A stretch of DNA of 64,000 bases from Candidatus Iainarchaeum sp. GTDB taxonomy: Archaea; Micrarchaeota; Micrarchaeia; Burarchaeales; Fermentimicrarchaeaceae. The translations under genes and the position numbers were made by a program. This document shows, in pieces, positions 11,330 through 20,972 of this stretch (its first letter is position 1; each line of letters begins with the position of its first letter). The stretch is from the NCBI GenBank assembly GCA_028714235.1, contig JAQTMQ010000003.1:1306-65305 (forward strand). Direction: 5' to 3'. A model generated the notes under the pieces. The model was given only the letters and a program-made list of their open reading frames with translations, made no database searches and was not told where the DNA came from.

Positions 11330-13702
11330 CTAGCTTGCGCGGCCGATTATGGCGTTGAGGGTTCCGAGCGTGATGAACTGGATGCGGCCGATGTCGGACT
11401 CCATCTTTATCGTGACCGCGAGGCTCGTCGCCGATGTGGCGAGCCTGCGCTCGAACTCGTCGAGCTCCTCGCGGCTTGCGAACACGACGTAGGTCATGCC
11501 CTTCGCCGCGGTCCTTGACGCGCGCGCGATTGACTCGTCGCCCTCGTATATGTGGACGAAGATGTTTTCGCCGCGGTAGTTGGCGAGCACGTCGGCGTCC
11601 TGCCTTTGGCCGACTTCGGTGAAGAGGATGGCGTTGTTTATGAAGAAGTTGCGCATTTCGCGGAACATGGCGAGGTAGCGCGGGGTTTTTCCCGACTGCT
11701 TGAGCCATGAGGCGAGCCCGTAGGCGCCGCCTTCCTTGAAGACCTGGCCGGTTTCCGCGAGCTTGGAGAGGAGCTTGTCCAGGTTGTAGTCGCTTATGAG
11801 CACGGGCTTGCCCTGGTACTTTATTTTCCGTTTCACGCCCGTCTTTATCTCGCCGATTGTCAGCGGCATGTACTTCCAGCGGTAGTCCGCGTTCATGGAG
11901 TCGAGGAGGTTGATGAGCGAGTACTTGGATATCATGACGCGCTCCTTTCTCTGCGGCGGAAAGTCGGGGACGTCGATGAAGTACCTTTCGGGCTCGGAGC
12001 GCTGGAGCGCGATGCCCAGGATGAAGATGATTAGCGTGGCGCCGATTATGACCTGGTTTTTCGTGTCGTCGAAGAACGTCGTGGGGCGCGAGCGCGCGTC
12101 GCTGAGCGTGAGCATCCTCCCGGTCGTGTTGAAGGCGAAGGTGTGGTTGCCCACGCCCGGGGACGAGGCGGGCGCGACAGCGAACGCCCCTGAGGCGTCG
12201 GTGGTCGCCGCCATCGGGGGGCCGCCGTCTATCGAGACCATGACCGGCGTGTCCGTGACCGGGACGCCGTCGGTGGCGAGCCTGAACGCGAACCTCGGCG
12301 TGTCGTAGTCCATGCTGATTTTTTCAACCGTGGCCACGGGCACGTGGAGGTATGACTGGGCGTACACCGTTCCCGACGGGTCGGCGAGGCGCAGGATGTA
12401 GTCTCCGTCAGTGAGGTTCACTACGTACTGTTTGGTGGATTCGAAGCCGTCCGAGTATTTCGCGGATATGAACGGCTGCTCCTGCACCTGCCGCCCGTCC
12501 TTGTGCGCCACCAGGTTGAAGTACAGCGTCTGCCCACCGCTGCTCCCGCTGATTTGCAGGGCGACGTTTATGCTCGAGCCGTTGACCCCGCGGAACGGGT
12601 TGAGCATGTGGCCGGACACCGTGCGGCGCACGCCGCTTATTTCCGTGAAGCTGTTCACCGTCCTGTTTTCGCCGGGGCCGCTCCACATGGTCGCCGACTC
12701 GTAAACCCGGATGTAGTTGCCGGCGCTTTGGGCGGGGACGCCGTTGATGAACAGGGAGTCTGTGGCCGAGCCGTCCGGCTGCGCGAGCGAAACCGTCTTG
12801 TTGGCGGTCGCGGTGGGCTGCTCCCATTCCACGCGGTAGAGCAGCTCGGCGACGTCCCCTGCCGCGAGCGCGGGGCCGGTGTGCCAGTCGCCCCAGCCGA
12901 CTTCAAGCGTGTTGGGGAATACGATTAGGTAGCCGCTGCCTATCTTCTGCCACGAAAGCGAGTTGTACTTGAACGAGCTGTTCAAGCCCGCGAGCATGAA
13001 CGTGCTCTGCCTGAGGCGGTACGGGGGAATCGCCGGCTGGCTGCTTCCGACCGGGGCGTAGCTTATGTTGAACTTGGCCGCGAGCGCCGCCGGGTCCTGG
13101 TTCGTTATCGTCTCGTCGCGGCCAATCGTTTGCCCGAAGTCGCTTCCCACGTATACGACTACGCACCCGAGGCCGAGGAGCCTGCCGATGCTCGCCATGC
13201 TGGAATCGTCGAAAAACTCGCTCGGCATCCTTCCGGTCGGCACGATTATTATCGCTTTCTGGGTGGAGTTGGTGAACCTCGCGAGCTGCGGGATTTGGAT
13301 TGTGTTGAGCAGCTGGTCCTCGCGGAGGAGGCCGCGCCCCCTGAGCGCCTGCTCGAGGTCCGCGTAGAAGCCGTCCCGGTCCACGTCGTTCTGGCCGGCC
13401 CACGGGTGCTCGAGCACGTAGATGTCGTTCGGGACCGGCTGGGGGTATTGCTTTGCCTGGAGGGTGATTTCCGAAACGTCGCTTGAATTCACCGCGAAAA
13501 GCAGGTAAACCGAGCTGTAGCCGGGCGTTGAGCCGTAGTCGAGTATCTGGGCGTCGGTGAAGTGCAGGCTGTAGCCGGGGTTGTATTCGTGCGGCGCCTG
13601 GGGCGCGCCCGCCTCCATCATTGACTGCCAGTAGTAGTAGGCGAGCGCGGACGCGAGCACTATCACCATCAGCGACGCGATGAGGATTTTCCGGAGGTTC
13701 AT
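11330..13702 (-). CDS. Membrane protein, 790 aa: N-terminal TM, large extracytoplasmic region, second TM, cytoplasmic C-terminal domain
   Basis: Long ORF with TM ILIASLMVIVLASALAYYYW and TM VIIGATLIIFILGIAL. Many N-x-S/T sequons lie between them. Tightly packed in the operon. Confidence 0.8.
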   Translation of the reverse strand: MNLRKILIASLMVIVLASALAYYYWQSMMEAGAPQAPHEYNPGYSLHFTDAQILDYGSTPGYSSVYLLFAVNSSDVSEITLQAKQYPQPVPNDIYVLEHPWAGQNDVDRDGFYADLEQALRGRGLLREDQLLNTIQIPQLARFTNSTQKAIIIVPTGRMPSEFFDDSSMASIGRLLGLGCVVVYVGSDFGQTIGRDETITNQDPAALAAKFNISYAPVGSSQPAIPPYRLRQSTFMLAGLNSSFKYNSLSWQKIGSGYLIVFPNTLEVGWGDWHTGPALAAGDVAELLYRVEWEQPTATANKTVSLAQPDGSATDSLFINGVPAQSAGNYIRVYESATMWSGPGENRTVNSFTEISGVRRTVSGHMLNPFRGVNGSSINVALQISGSSGGQTLYFNLVAHKDGRQVQEQPFISAKYSDGFESTKQYVVNLTDGDYILRLADPSGTVYAQSYLHVPVATVEKISMDYDTPRFAFRLATDGVPVTDTPVMVSIDGGPPMAATTDASGAFAVAPASSPGVGNHTFAFNTTGRMLTLSDARSRPTTFFDDTKNQVIIGATLIIFILGIALQRSEPERYFIDVPDFPPQRKERVMISKYSLINLLDSMNADYRWKYMPLTIGEIKTGVKRKIKYQGKPVLISDYNLDKLLSKLAETGQVFKEGGAYGLASWLKQSGKTPRYLAMFREMRNFFINNAILFTEVGQRQDADVLANYRGENIFVHIYEGDESIARASRTAAKGMTYVVFASREELDEFERRLATSATSLAVTIKMESDIGRIQFITLGTLNAIIGRAS

Positions 13703-13707
13703 TCAAA

Positions 13708-13965
13708 TCATTGCCCTCTTTTGCCGGTGAGGCGGGAGATGAGCGGCGAAAGGATTTTGAGGACCGGGTTCGGGACGGGCTCTGCGACGCGCTTTTTTAT
13801 CGCGTACTGCCGCGTGTGCTCGAACCGTTTCTTCACGCGTAGCAGGAGCACGTTTTTCTCGGCCGTGTACTTGAGCGCGGCTGCCCCGATTTTGGCTATT
13901 TCCCGCTGCACGTCGGCCGCGCCGCTTCCCCCCTTCCCGGATTCCGCCCCGCTTTCGCCCATCAT
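13708..13965 (-). CDS. Small basic hypothetical protein (85 aa)
   Basis: 4-nt overlap with the upstream gene's stop and a 5-nt gap to the downstream gene, consistent with operon coupling. Confidence 0.65.
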   Translation of the reverse strand: MMGESGAESGKGGSGAADVQREIAKIGAAALKYTAEKNVLLLRVKKRFEHTRQYAIKKRVAEPVPNPVLKILSPLISRLTGKRGQ

Positions 13966-14744
13966 CTCAACTCGAGGTAGCCGCCCAAAACCATTTTGTT
14001 GAGTATGGCTTCCACGCGCGACTCAACCACGTTGTACTGCTTCGAGAACTCGGGGATGCTTATCTCGTTCCTGTGCACGTCAAGCCAGTCCTGCAGCTTC
14101 ACCATCAGGGTTTCGTCGCTGTAGGCCTCGAGCTCCTTCACGCGCAGGGTTAGCTCGTCGTTCTCGGAGCGCGCCTCGATGAGGTCCTTGCTCATCTTCG
14201 AGTGCTGGGCCTCGAGGAGCTCCGTCTTCTTCTTGAGCTCCGAGAACCCGCGGAGCGCTTCGTCGTATTTCGCGAAGATGGTGTTGTAGTCCGAGGAAGC
14301 GAACTCTGCTATGTCCTTGAGCACGGACTGGAGGAGCTGGTACAGCTGCTTCTGGTCGGCCTCGCATGCGCCGTCGAGCTGCGTGAGGAGGTTGAGGAGG
14401 TGGCGGCACACCTCGATTTTCCGCTTCCTCGCGCTCGCGCCCGGGATGACCGAGTAGGCGACCTCAATCGAGGAGGGCCGCAGGTAGGTGATTGAGAAAA
14501 GGTATGGGCTCCGCTTTATGTCCCTGCTTTCGACGTTGAGCACCGCTACGGTGTCGCCGTCGACCGAAACCTTCAGGAACGAGCTTGCCGAAAGGATGCG
14601 CGAGATTTCGGCCGGCTCCTTCGACCGCGTTGCCGAAAGCGCGAAGCCGTCAACTGCCGGCTCCGCTTTCGCTTCCTCCTGCGGCTTCTGCTGCGCGGCC
14701 TCCTGCCCGGAGGGCTGTGCTGGCGTGGCGGGTATCTGCATCAC
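13962..14744 (-). CDS. Coiled-coil protein with a probable C-terminal winged helix (260 aa)
   Basis: Heptad-rich segment (ELKKKTELLEAQHSKMSKDLIEARSENDELTLRVKELE). C-terminus ISIPEFSKQYNVVESRVEAILNKMVLGGYLEL is wHTH-like. Confidence 0.75.
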   Translation of the reverse strand: MMQIPATPAQPSGQEAAQQKPQEEAKAEPAVDGFALSATRSKEPAEISRILSASSFLKVSVDGDTVAVLNVESRDIKRSPYLFSITYLRPSSIEVAYSVIPGASARKRKIEVCRHLLNLLTQLDGACEADQKQLYQLLQSVLKDIAEFASSDYNTIFAKYDEALRGFSELKKKTELLEAQHSKMSKDLIEARSENDELTLRVKELEAYSDETLMVKLQDWLDVHRNEISIPEFSKQYNVVESRVEAILNKMVLGGYLELR

Positions 14745-14795
14745 CTCAAACGTTTCCGGTCCCTGCTGCGGTAGTATTTAATTTCCCGCCGCTTT

Positions 14796-15179
14796 TTATG
14801 CCTTCGTTCCGGCGGCCTTCCCGCTCTCTTCCCCCCTCTTCTCCGGCAGCTCCGCCTTCGGGTAGTAGTTGACGAGGGACAGCGCGAGGAGGAACGCTGC
14901 CGCGAGCGCCCCCGCGAGGATTGACGCCAGCGAACGCGACGAGTAGAGCACGAGGAAGAACATTGCGGCGGCGAGAAGCCCGTACCACATCAGGTATTTC
15001 TCGAACCGCGCGCGCTTCCCGCGCGCCGCCTCGACGTCGTCCTCGCAGACGACGAGCGAGTTTCCCGTGGCCCTGCCGAGGCGCTCCTTTGCCGCGCGAA
15101 TCGTGGAAAGCACGGGGTCCTCCTGGACTGGGTGGCCCGCCTTTTCCTTCCCGCACACGATGCAAACCGTTTTCGGCAT
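14796..15179 (-). CDS. Small membrane protein with a putative metal-binding N-terminus (127 aa)
   Basis: CIVCGKEK...LVVC followed by two TM helices. Confidence 0.7.
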   Translation of the reverse strand: MPKTVCIVCGKEKAGHPVQEDPVLSTIRAAKERLGRATGNSLVVCEDDVEAARGKRARFEKYLMWYGLLAAAMFFLVLYSSRSLASILAGALAAAFLLALSLVNYYPKAELPEKRGEESGKAAGTKA

Positions 15180-15188
15180 TGTAACAAC

Positions 15189-15488
15189 TCAATCGTAAAA
15201 CGCTATGTCCTGAACCCTTTCCTCGTCCATGCCCGCCTTCTTGAGGTCGGCGCGCGAGAAGACGGTGATGAGGACGGAGTCGTCGACGCCGCCCTCGCGG
15301 AGCATGGCGTAAACCCTGCCGCGCGGGACTCCGAGCCGCTCGACCGCCGCGACGAAGCTCACGATGTCCATGTGCCTGCTCCGCTTGTCGAACGCCGAGC
15401 AGACCTCCTCCGTCTGGTTGTCGGTGAGGCCGATGTCCCTCAGGCGCGACCGCAGCCCCACCTTCTCCATCGAAATCGCGTAGACCAC
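15189..15488 (-). CDS. Small helical protein homologous to the C-terminal domain of the adjacent ATPase (99 aa)
   Basis: Aligns by eye with the ATPase C-terminus (LRSRLRDIG/LRNRLVEFG; MDIVSFV/MDVITFV; VFSRAD/LFSRID). AGGTGG SD-like motif upstream. Confidence 0.8.
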   Translation of the reverse strand: MVYAISMEKVGLRSRLRDIGLTDNQTEEVCSAFDKRSRHMDIVSFVAAVERLGVPRGRVYAMLREGGVDDSVLITVFSRADLKKAGMDEERVQDIAFYD

Positions 15489-15501
15489 GGCCGTGCCACC
15501 T

Positions 15502-17046
15502 TTAGGCGGTTCCCCCGCCCCTCATGAAGTCTATGCGCGAGAACAGGTCGATTATTATCGCGTCCTCTATGCCGATGCTCTTCAGGAACGACGTCGTGCT
15601 CGGCCGCGGCACGTTGTTTTCCTCGAGGTGGTTCACGAACGTGATGACGTCCATCGCCTTCTCGCCTTTCTCGAACTCGTTGAGCATCATGGTGACGGAC
15701 GTGTCCTCCACGCCGAATTCCACGAGCCGGTTCCGGAGCTCGCCGCGCTCGAAGGCGTACGACTTCGGGATGTCCGGGTTCTCGCGCGCCTCTGCGGACA
15801 GCACGGACTCTATCGACATGCGGTATTCCTGGAGCGGCTCCTCGCCGTGGACGCGCTCGAGCAGGAACGTTTCCGGGAACTCGGTCGTGGTCTGGAACGC
15901 CATGTTGACCGCGCACTGGCCCACCCCGAACTTGCCTATCTCGCCGCGCATGAACGGGCTGAAGTTGAGCGAGCCCTGGATGTAGTCGAGGAACTTCTCG
16001 AACTTCACGCGCAGGATGAAGGTCGTCCCGACGTTGGAGAAGATGGCCTCGTTTATGTCCGTCGGGTTCTGCGACGCGACGATGAGGCCGAACTGGTACT
16101 TCCTCCCTTCCCGCACAATCATGATTGCGTCCGAGCGGTCGTCCGAGGCGATTTTCCACGCCTCGTCGAGGACGACGAACACCTTCACGCCCTTCTGGGC
16201 CGACCAGCCCACCGCGCGCATGCGCTCCTTCAGGAACTGCAGGAAGAAGAGGCCTGCAAGGCCCCTTAGGACCTCGTCCGGCAGGCCGGAGAGGTCTATG
16301 TCCACGAGGCCCGCGGTCGTGAGCTCCCCGAGCTTCACGGTCGAAGGCTGCGCGAAGAAGTCGTTCCCCTTCCGCGTGAACTGCTTGACCCGGTAGATGG
16401 CGTTTTCGAGCTCGGCCGGGAACTCGTACGTGCCGGCCCGGAGGCGCTCCTCGAGGATGTTCACGACGTCCTTGAGCGTCGGGGGCCGGACCGCGTCCGG
16501 GGAGTTCTCGTCCGCCGGAGGCTCGTCGGGCCTGAAGCCGGCGCGCACGTACGCCTCCTCGATTGACTGCTCGGTGAGGCGCCTCTGCTCCGGGTACGAG
16601 CCGATGTCCGTGAGTATCTCGAGGGCGCGGATGATTTGCTTGACGCGGTCAATCGGCCGCATCCCGCCGAGGTCGAGCAGGTTGACGAAGTCGCCCTTGC
16701 CGAGCGAAATGATTCTTCCGCCGGTCTGCTTCACCCACGCCTTATATTCCCCCGCCCAGTCGATGATGATGGCGTTGCTGCCCCAGACGAAGGCGGCGCG
16801 GGAAAGGAACGTCTTCACGAAATACGATTTTCCCGCGCCCGTGATTCCGACGATGCAGATGTGCGGGTTCGTGAGCTGCATGAAGCTCCAGTTGAACGGA
16901 ATCTGGAACATCTTGGTGCGCCCCACGTAAATGGAGTTCGCGGGGTCGAGCATCAGGAATTCGGGCGGGGGCTCGGGCGGCCTCATGAACAGGGGCCTCC
17001 TCGACAGCTCCTTGCTCGTTATGCTCTGCGCTTTTATTCCCCCCAT
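15502..17046 (-). CDS. VirB4/HerA (DUF87, CedB-like) P-loop ATPase (514 aa)
   Basis: NPHICIVGITGAGKS (Walker A), IIIDWAGEY, VFVVLDEAW (Walker B) and REGRKY...ASQNPTD, typical of the HerA/FtsK/VirB4 clade. Confidence 0.9.
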   Translation of the reverse strand: MGGIKAQSITSKELSRRPLFMRPPEPPPEFLMLDPANSIYVGRTKMFQIPFNWSFMQLTNPHICIVGITGAGKSYFVKTFLSRAAFVWGSNAIIIDWAGEYKAWVKQTGGRIISLGKGDFVNLLDLGGMRPIDRVKQIIRALEILTDIGSYPEQRRLTEQSIEEAYVRAGFRPDEPPADENSPDAVRPPTLKDVVNILEERLRAGTYEFPAELENAIYRVKQFTRKGNDFFAQPSTVKLGELTTAGLVDIDLSGLPDEVLRGLAGLFFLQFLKERMRAVGWSAQKGVKVFVVLDEAWKIASDDRSDAIMIVREGRKYQFGLIVASQNPTDINEAIFSNVGTTFILRVKFEKFLDYIQGSLNFSPFMRGEIGKFGVGQCAVNMAFQTTTEFPETFLLERVHGEEPLQEYRMSIESVLSAEARENPDIPKSYAFERGELRNRLVEFGVEDTSVTMMLNEFEKGEKAMDVITFVNHLEENNVPRPSTTSFLKSIGIEDAIIIDLFSRIDFMRGGGTA

Positions 17047-17061
17047 CGGCTCACCAAAAAC

Positions 17062-17889
17062 TCAAAGGCTTGAGACGAAATCCGCCCGCTCCGGCGGGAT
17101 GTAGTGCTCCCATGTGAAGCAGCGCTTCATGTCCTCGCCGCGAAGCGGCTTGATTTCCACGTTGAGCGCGTTCGCGGCGGTGGAGCGGATTTCGCCGACC
17201 TGCCTGCGCGCGGCGGCGATTGCCGCTCCCTCGTTCGCGCCGATTCCCGTCGTCACCGCGTACTGCACGACGCCCATAGGCTTCTCGCCCTCGGCGAGGC
17301 GCTCGAGCATCGCGTTCGCGCGCTGGATTTCGCGCTCCCACTTGTCGAGCGTGAGCGCGTCCGGCTTCCCGCTTTCCCTTTCCTTGCCCAGCTTGTACGT
17401 GGCGGAATACCGCTTGTCCTCTATGCGCTCCCTGTACTTCGCGATGTCCTCGAGGTAGGCTATCAGGCAGAACTTGAACGGGAACTTTATCTGCGAAAGC
17501 GAGCGCTCCCAGAGGTCGACGTACGTCGAGGTCAGCGGCGCCTCCGCGTCGGCCGTGCTGGACTCGTAGAATTTCACCGCCATGTACATCGTCGCGTGGC
17601 AGGTCCCGCCGACGTCCTTGACGACCGCGTCCTGCGACGGCGGAATCCGGTAGCCGCCCCCTATTTCCTCGCTCACCTTGAGGAAGCCGGTGACGAGCGG
17701 CATCGCCATGTAGCCCATCATGAACGAGACGTAGACCGCGCCCACCCCGAGCGCGCCGAGCACCGAAAGCGCGATTGCCATCACGCCCCCGAAAAGGCTG
17801 AGGTTCAGGTAGACCACGCCGACCCCGAAGACCGTGCACGCTATCGCTGCGTACGCGGCGTTCTTTTCGTTCATCCTCAGGTCAACCAA
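17062..17889 (-). CDS. Membrane-anchored protein, paralog of 17900..18691 (VirB3/VirB4-N-like)
   Basis: Two N-terminal TMs. Shares YRIP..QDAVVK.VG...ATM, LWER, WEREI and LNVEIKPLRGEDM motifs with its neighbour. Confidence 0.8.
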   Translation of the reverse strand: MVDLRMNEKNAAYAAIACTVFGVGVVYLNLSLFGGVMAIALSVLGALGVGAVYVSFMMGYMAMPLVTGFLKVSEEIGGGYRIPPSQDAVVKDVGGTCHATMYMAVKFYESSTADAEAPLTSTYVDLWERSLSQIKFPFKFCLIAYLEDIAKYRERIEDKRYSATYKLGKERESGKPDALTLDKWEREIQRANAMLERLAEGEKPMGVVQYAVTTGIGANEGAAIAAARRQVGEIRSTAANALNVEIKPLRGEDMKRCFTWEHYIPPERADFVSSL

Positions 17890-17899
17890 GCGGAGTCAC

Positions 17900-18691
17900 C
17901 TACAATTCCTTCACCGAGGCCGGCACGCAGTAGGACCAGTCGACGCACCGGCGCAGGTCGTCGCCAGTAAGCGCGGCGACTTCCGCGTTGAGCGTGGTCC
18001 CTACGGTGCCCCTTATCTCGTTGACGGTCTGCCTCACCGCGGCGATTGCCGTGTCCTTGGTGGCGCCTTTCGCGCTCACCTGGACGTAGGTCAGCATGGC
18101 GCGCGGCCTGTCGCCTGAGGACACCTTGGATATGACGTTGTCCCACATGGATATCTCGCGCTCGAGCGTCAGGATTCTTGCCGGGTCCACCTTCTCCTTC
18201 TCGTTTTCCTTCGCGATTTCCATCTGCGTCCTCGCCTTCCTCTCCTCGATGCTGTCCTTGTAGCGCGAGAGGTCCTTGATGTACACGAGCACGCTGTATT
18301 TCGTCACCGTCTTGAGGCTGGAAACCGCGCGCTCCCAGAGCTCCATGAACGAGAACTTCTCCTTCTCGCTCATCGTGGTCGCGGACTTGAAGATGCGCAC
18401 CGCGGCGAACATGGTCGCGTAGTACCCGTCGCCGACGCGCTTCACGACCACGTCGTCTGTGAGCGGTATCTCGTAGTCCGCCTCCTTGCTCTCTATCACG
18501 CGCTTGCGCTGCGTGAAGTAGGGTATCATCCAGTAGCCCCACTTGTAAAGGACGAACGATACGGGCGCCGCGATTATGGAGACCAGCATCAGGAGTATCG
18601 CGAGCGGGCCGAAATAGTAGCCGCCCGCGAAAACGAGCAGCGAGCAGGCTACCGAGATTCCAATAAGCGCGATGGCGAAAGGGTTTTCCAA
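17900..18691 (-). CDS. Membrane-anchored protein, paralog of 17062..17889 (start corrected to TTG 18691)
   Basis: The track ORF 17900..18988 overlaps the upstream gene. Protein-like sequence begins at LENPFAIALIG. Two TMs, then motifs YEIP..DDVVVKRVG...YATM, LWER, LEREI, LNAEVAALTGDDL. Confidence 0.8.
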   Translation of the reverse strand: MENPFAIALIGISVACSLLVFAGGYYFGPLAILLMLVSIIAAPVSFVLYKWGYWMIPYFTQRKRVIESKEADYEIPLTDDVVVKRVGDGYYATMFAAVRIFKSATTMSEKEKFSFMELWERAVSSLKTVTKYSVLVYIKDLSRYKDSIEERKARTQMEIAKENEKEKVDPARILTLEREISMWDNVISKVSSGDRPRAMLTYVQVSAKGATKDTAIAAVRQTVNEIRGTVGTTLNAEVAALTGDDLRRCVDWSYCVPASVKEL

Positions 18692-18717
18692 TTCAATCCC
18701 TGCAAAAGCCGCTTCGC

Positions 18718-19806
18718 CTATATCAGGCGGACCAGCCCCCGCCCGATTTCGGTGATGTCGGCGCCTAATAGTGGCGCCAGCACCTTTATAAAGGTGATAG
18801 TGGCCGCCATGACGATAATCGGGTAGAAAAGCACCTTCAAAAGCACGCCCGGAAGGTACGAGTTCGCGCTGTTGATTCCGGCGGTGATGGACGGGTCGGA
18901 CTGGTCTTCCGCGGTGCGCATCGCGTACTCGGCGTCGTTGTTGCAGCAGGTGAGCGCCGAAACGTCGACGAACGTGAGCCCGGAGCACACGTCCTCTATG
19001 ATGCCTACCTGGTTGGCGAGCGCGCTCTCGTCCTGGCTGATGAGGGAGAGGAATGCAATCATGGTCGGGAACACGAGGAACAGCCCTATGGCTATCGCTA
19101 TCAGCAGGCCGCCTGCCCCGCGCGTCGGGGGGAAGATGCGGAGGAAGACGCCGAGCGGAAGGAAGGTTGCGAACGCGGACGTCTTGAAGAACTCAAGCAG
19201 CCCCTTCCATATGGATACCAGCATGAGGGACTGGGTGATGTACGAGCCCGCTATGTGCGCCGGCTCCACGCGCAGGGGCCGGAGGAACGCGGCCACCGGG
19301 ACGTCTATCCCGACCGCGTTTATGTAGATGGAGAAGGTTGAAAGCGCTTCCACCGGGAAGTTGCAGAAGTAGTACGTGCGGTAATAGTATTGCAGCGCGT
19401 TCTGCAGGTCGTTCAGGTACGCGTCGGAAATCGCGAACGGGTTCACGCCGTGGCCGAGGATGGTCCCGAACAGCTGGTCGCTCATCATCAGTTGCGTCAT
19501 GGATATGAGGCCGAGCACGAGTATGAGGCTCGCGAGCGACTGGTAGAACTCGGCCTTCGCCCAGTTCCGGAGGCTGTGCATGTCGAACGCGATTGCAATC
19601 ATGTACGCGAGCGCGACCACGGAGAACGAGATTGTCACCGCGAGGAGCGCCGACGGGCCCCATATCGCCCATGTGGCCGAAATCGCGTCAACCTCCGCCT
19701 GGAACCATTGCGGCCGCGGCGTCGGGCTTTCCTGGGCGAAGGCGGCCGCTGCGAAGAAGGCGAGGACGAGCGCCGAAAATGCAATCCGCTTCAGGCCAGG
19801 CATCAT
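18718..19806 (-). CDS. VirB6/CedA-like polytopic membrane protein, paralog 6
   Basis: Family motifs AYM...LRNWAKAEFYQ, LPLGVFLRIFPPTRGAGGLLIAIAIGLFLVFP and TFIKVLAPLLG. Confidence 0.8.
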   Translation of the reverse strand: MMPGLKRIAFSALVLAFFAAAAFAQESPTPRPQWFQAEVDAISATWAIWGPSALLAVTISFSVVALAYMIAIAFDMHSLRNWAKAEFYQSLASLILVLGLISMTQLMMSDQLFGTILGHGVNPFAISDAYLNDLQNALQYYYRTYYFCNFPVEALSTFSIYINAVGIDVPVAAFLRPLRVEPAHIAGSYITQSLMLVSIWKGLLEFFKTSAFATFLPLGVFLRIFPPTRGAGGLLIAIAIGLFLVFPTMIAFLSLISQDESALANQVGIIEDVCSGLTFVDVSALTCCNNDAEYAMRTAEDQSDPSITAGINSANSYLPGVLLKVLFYPIIVMAATITFIKVLAPLLGADITEIGRGLVRLI

Positions 19807-20972
19807 ATCAGCCTCGTGATGTTGCTCACGTCCACCTCTTCCCCGAGCATCGCCGAAAGCCCGCGTATGAACGAGACCATGACCAGGAACACCGCGAACG
19901 GCACGAACACCGCGCCGAGAACCAGGAGCGAAAGGAAGCCGCAGACCGGCTGCATCACCGAATCAAAAATGCCTTTCATCCAGTTGGACAGGTCAAACGA
20001 CCCGCCCGGCGTGCCGGTCGGCAGTGCGGACATGGCGTCCTCGTCGTACAGGGCTGCCACGCTCGCGTCGATGTTGTCCTGCAGTATCCCGTAGAACAGT
20101 ACGACCGACATCGGGTAGATGAAGTAGAACCCGAGCGCGAGCGCGATGAGCGCGCCCCCGAAGCCGCGCGTGATGCCGAACGAGCGCAGCAGGACCCCTG
20201 CAACCAGCAGCGGGCCGAAAAGCCGCGAAAACATCTTGAGGAGGATTATTTGCGCGATGATGATTATTTGCGAGCTCGAGATGGTTATCATCGCGATGTT
20301 GAACATCTGCCCGAGGTTCGCGAACCCCTGGCCGAAGCTCACCATGAAGCCGAGCCCGTTCGGGTTGAGCGCGAGCGTGGTCGAGCTTGCGGCCGAGATT
20401 GCCATGTTGATGACTATCACCGCCCAGAAGCCGGCGCTCACGAGGCTGAGGAAGTGCTCGAGGTTGTAGAGCGCGACGCTGTACGGGTTGCAGCTGCCCC
20501 ATTGTATTTCCGAGTCGTAGTACCCCACGCTCAATACCGCGAGGCTCGGCGCGCTTCCGGGCGTGCACGCCGCGCCGATGACGTCCGCCTGGAGGCCGCA
20601 CCCGAAGCCGACAATCCAGACGAGCAGCCCGGCGAGGACGAGCATGGCGATGCTTTCGTAAACCTGGTTTTTCGCCCATATCCTGAGCCCCGCGTGGTTC
20701 ATGAGGCCCGAAAGCGCGTAAACCACCCCGGCGGAAGCGATGACGACGAGCAGGGTGAGCACGAGAACTCCCTGCCACGAGGTCCACATGGACTGGAGGC
20801 CGCCGGACATCGCGTCGCTTTCGCATGCGGGCGGGAACGGGTTTGACCCGCTCACCGCCCTCCCGCCCGAGGTGCAGCCGGCGAGCATCGCCGCCGCTAG
20901 CGCCGCGAGCAGGAAGGGCGCGAACCGCGCCAGCCTCGGCTTTTTGCGTGGAGGGGACGGCATTGCAATCAC
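19803..20972 (-). CDS. VirB6/CedA-like polytopic membrane protein, paralog 5 (possible lipobox LAGC)
   Basis: LRIWAKNQVYE, GVLLRSFGITRGFGGALIALALGFYFIYP and SFIRGLSAMLGEEVD. N-terminus has AAMLAGC. Confidence 0.8.
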   Translation of the reverse strand: MIAMPSPPRKKPRLARFAPFLLAALAAAMLAGCTSGGRAVSGSNPFPPACESDAMSGGLQSMWTSWQGVLVLTLLVVIASAGVVYALSGLMNHAGLRIWAKNQVYESIAMLVLAGLLVWIVGFGCGLQADVIGAACTPGSAPSLAVLSVGYYDSEIQWGSCNPYSVALYNLEHFLSLVSAGFWAVIVINMAISAASSTTLALNPNGLGFMVSFGQGFANLGQMFNIAMITISSSQIIIIAQIILLKMFSRLFGPLLVAGVLLRSFGITRGFGGALIALALGFYFIYPMSVVLFYGILQDNIDASVAALYDEDAMSALPTGTPGGSFDLSNWMKGIFDSVMQPVCGFLSLLVLGAVFVPFAVFLVMVSFIRGLSAMLGEEVDVSNITRLI

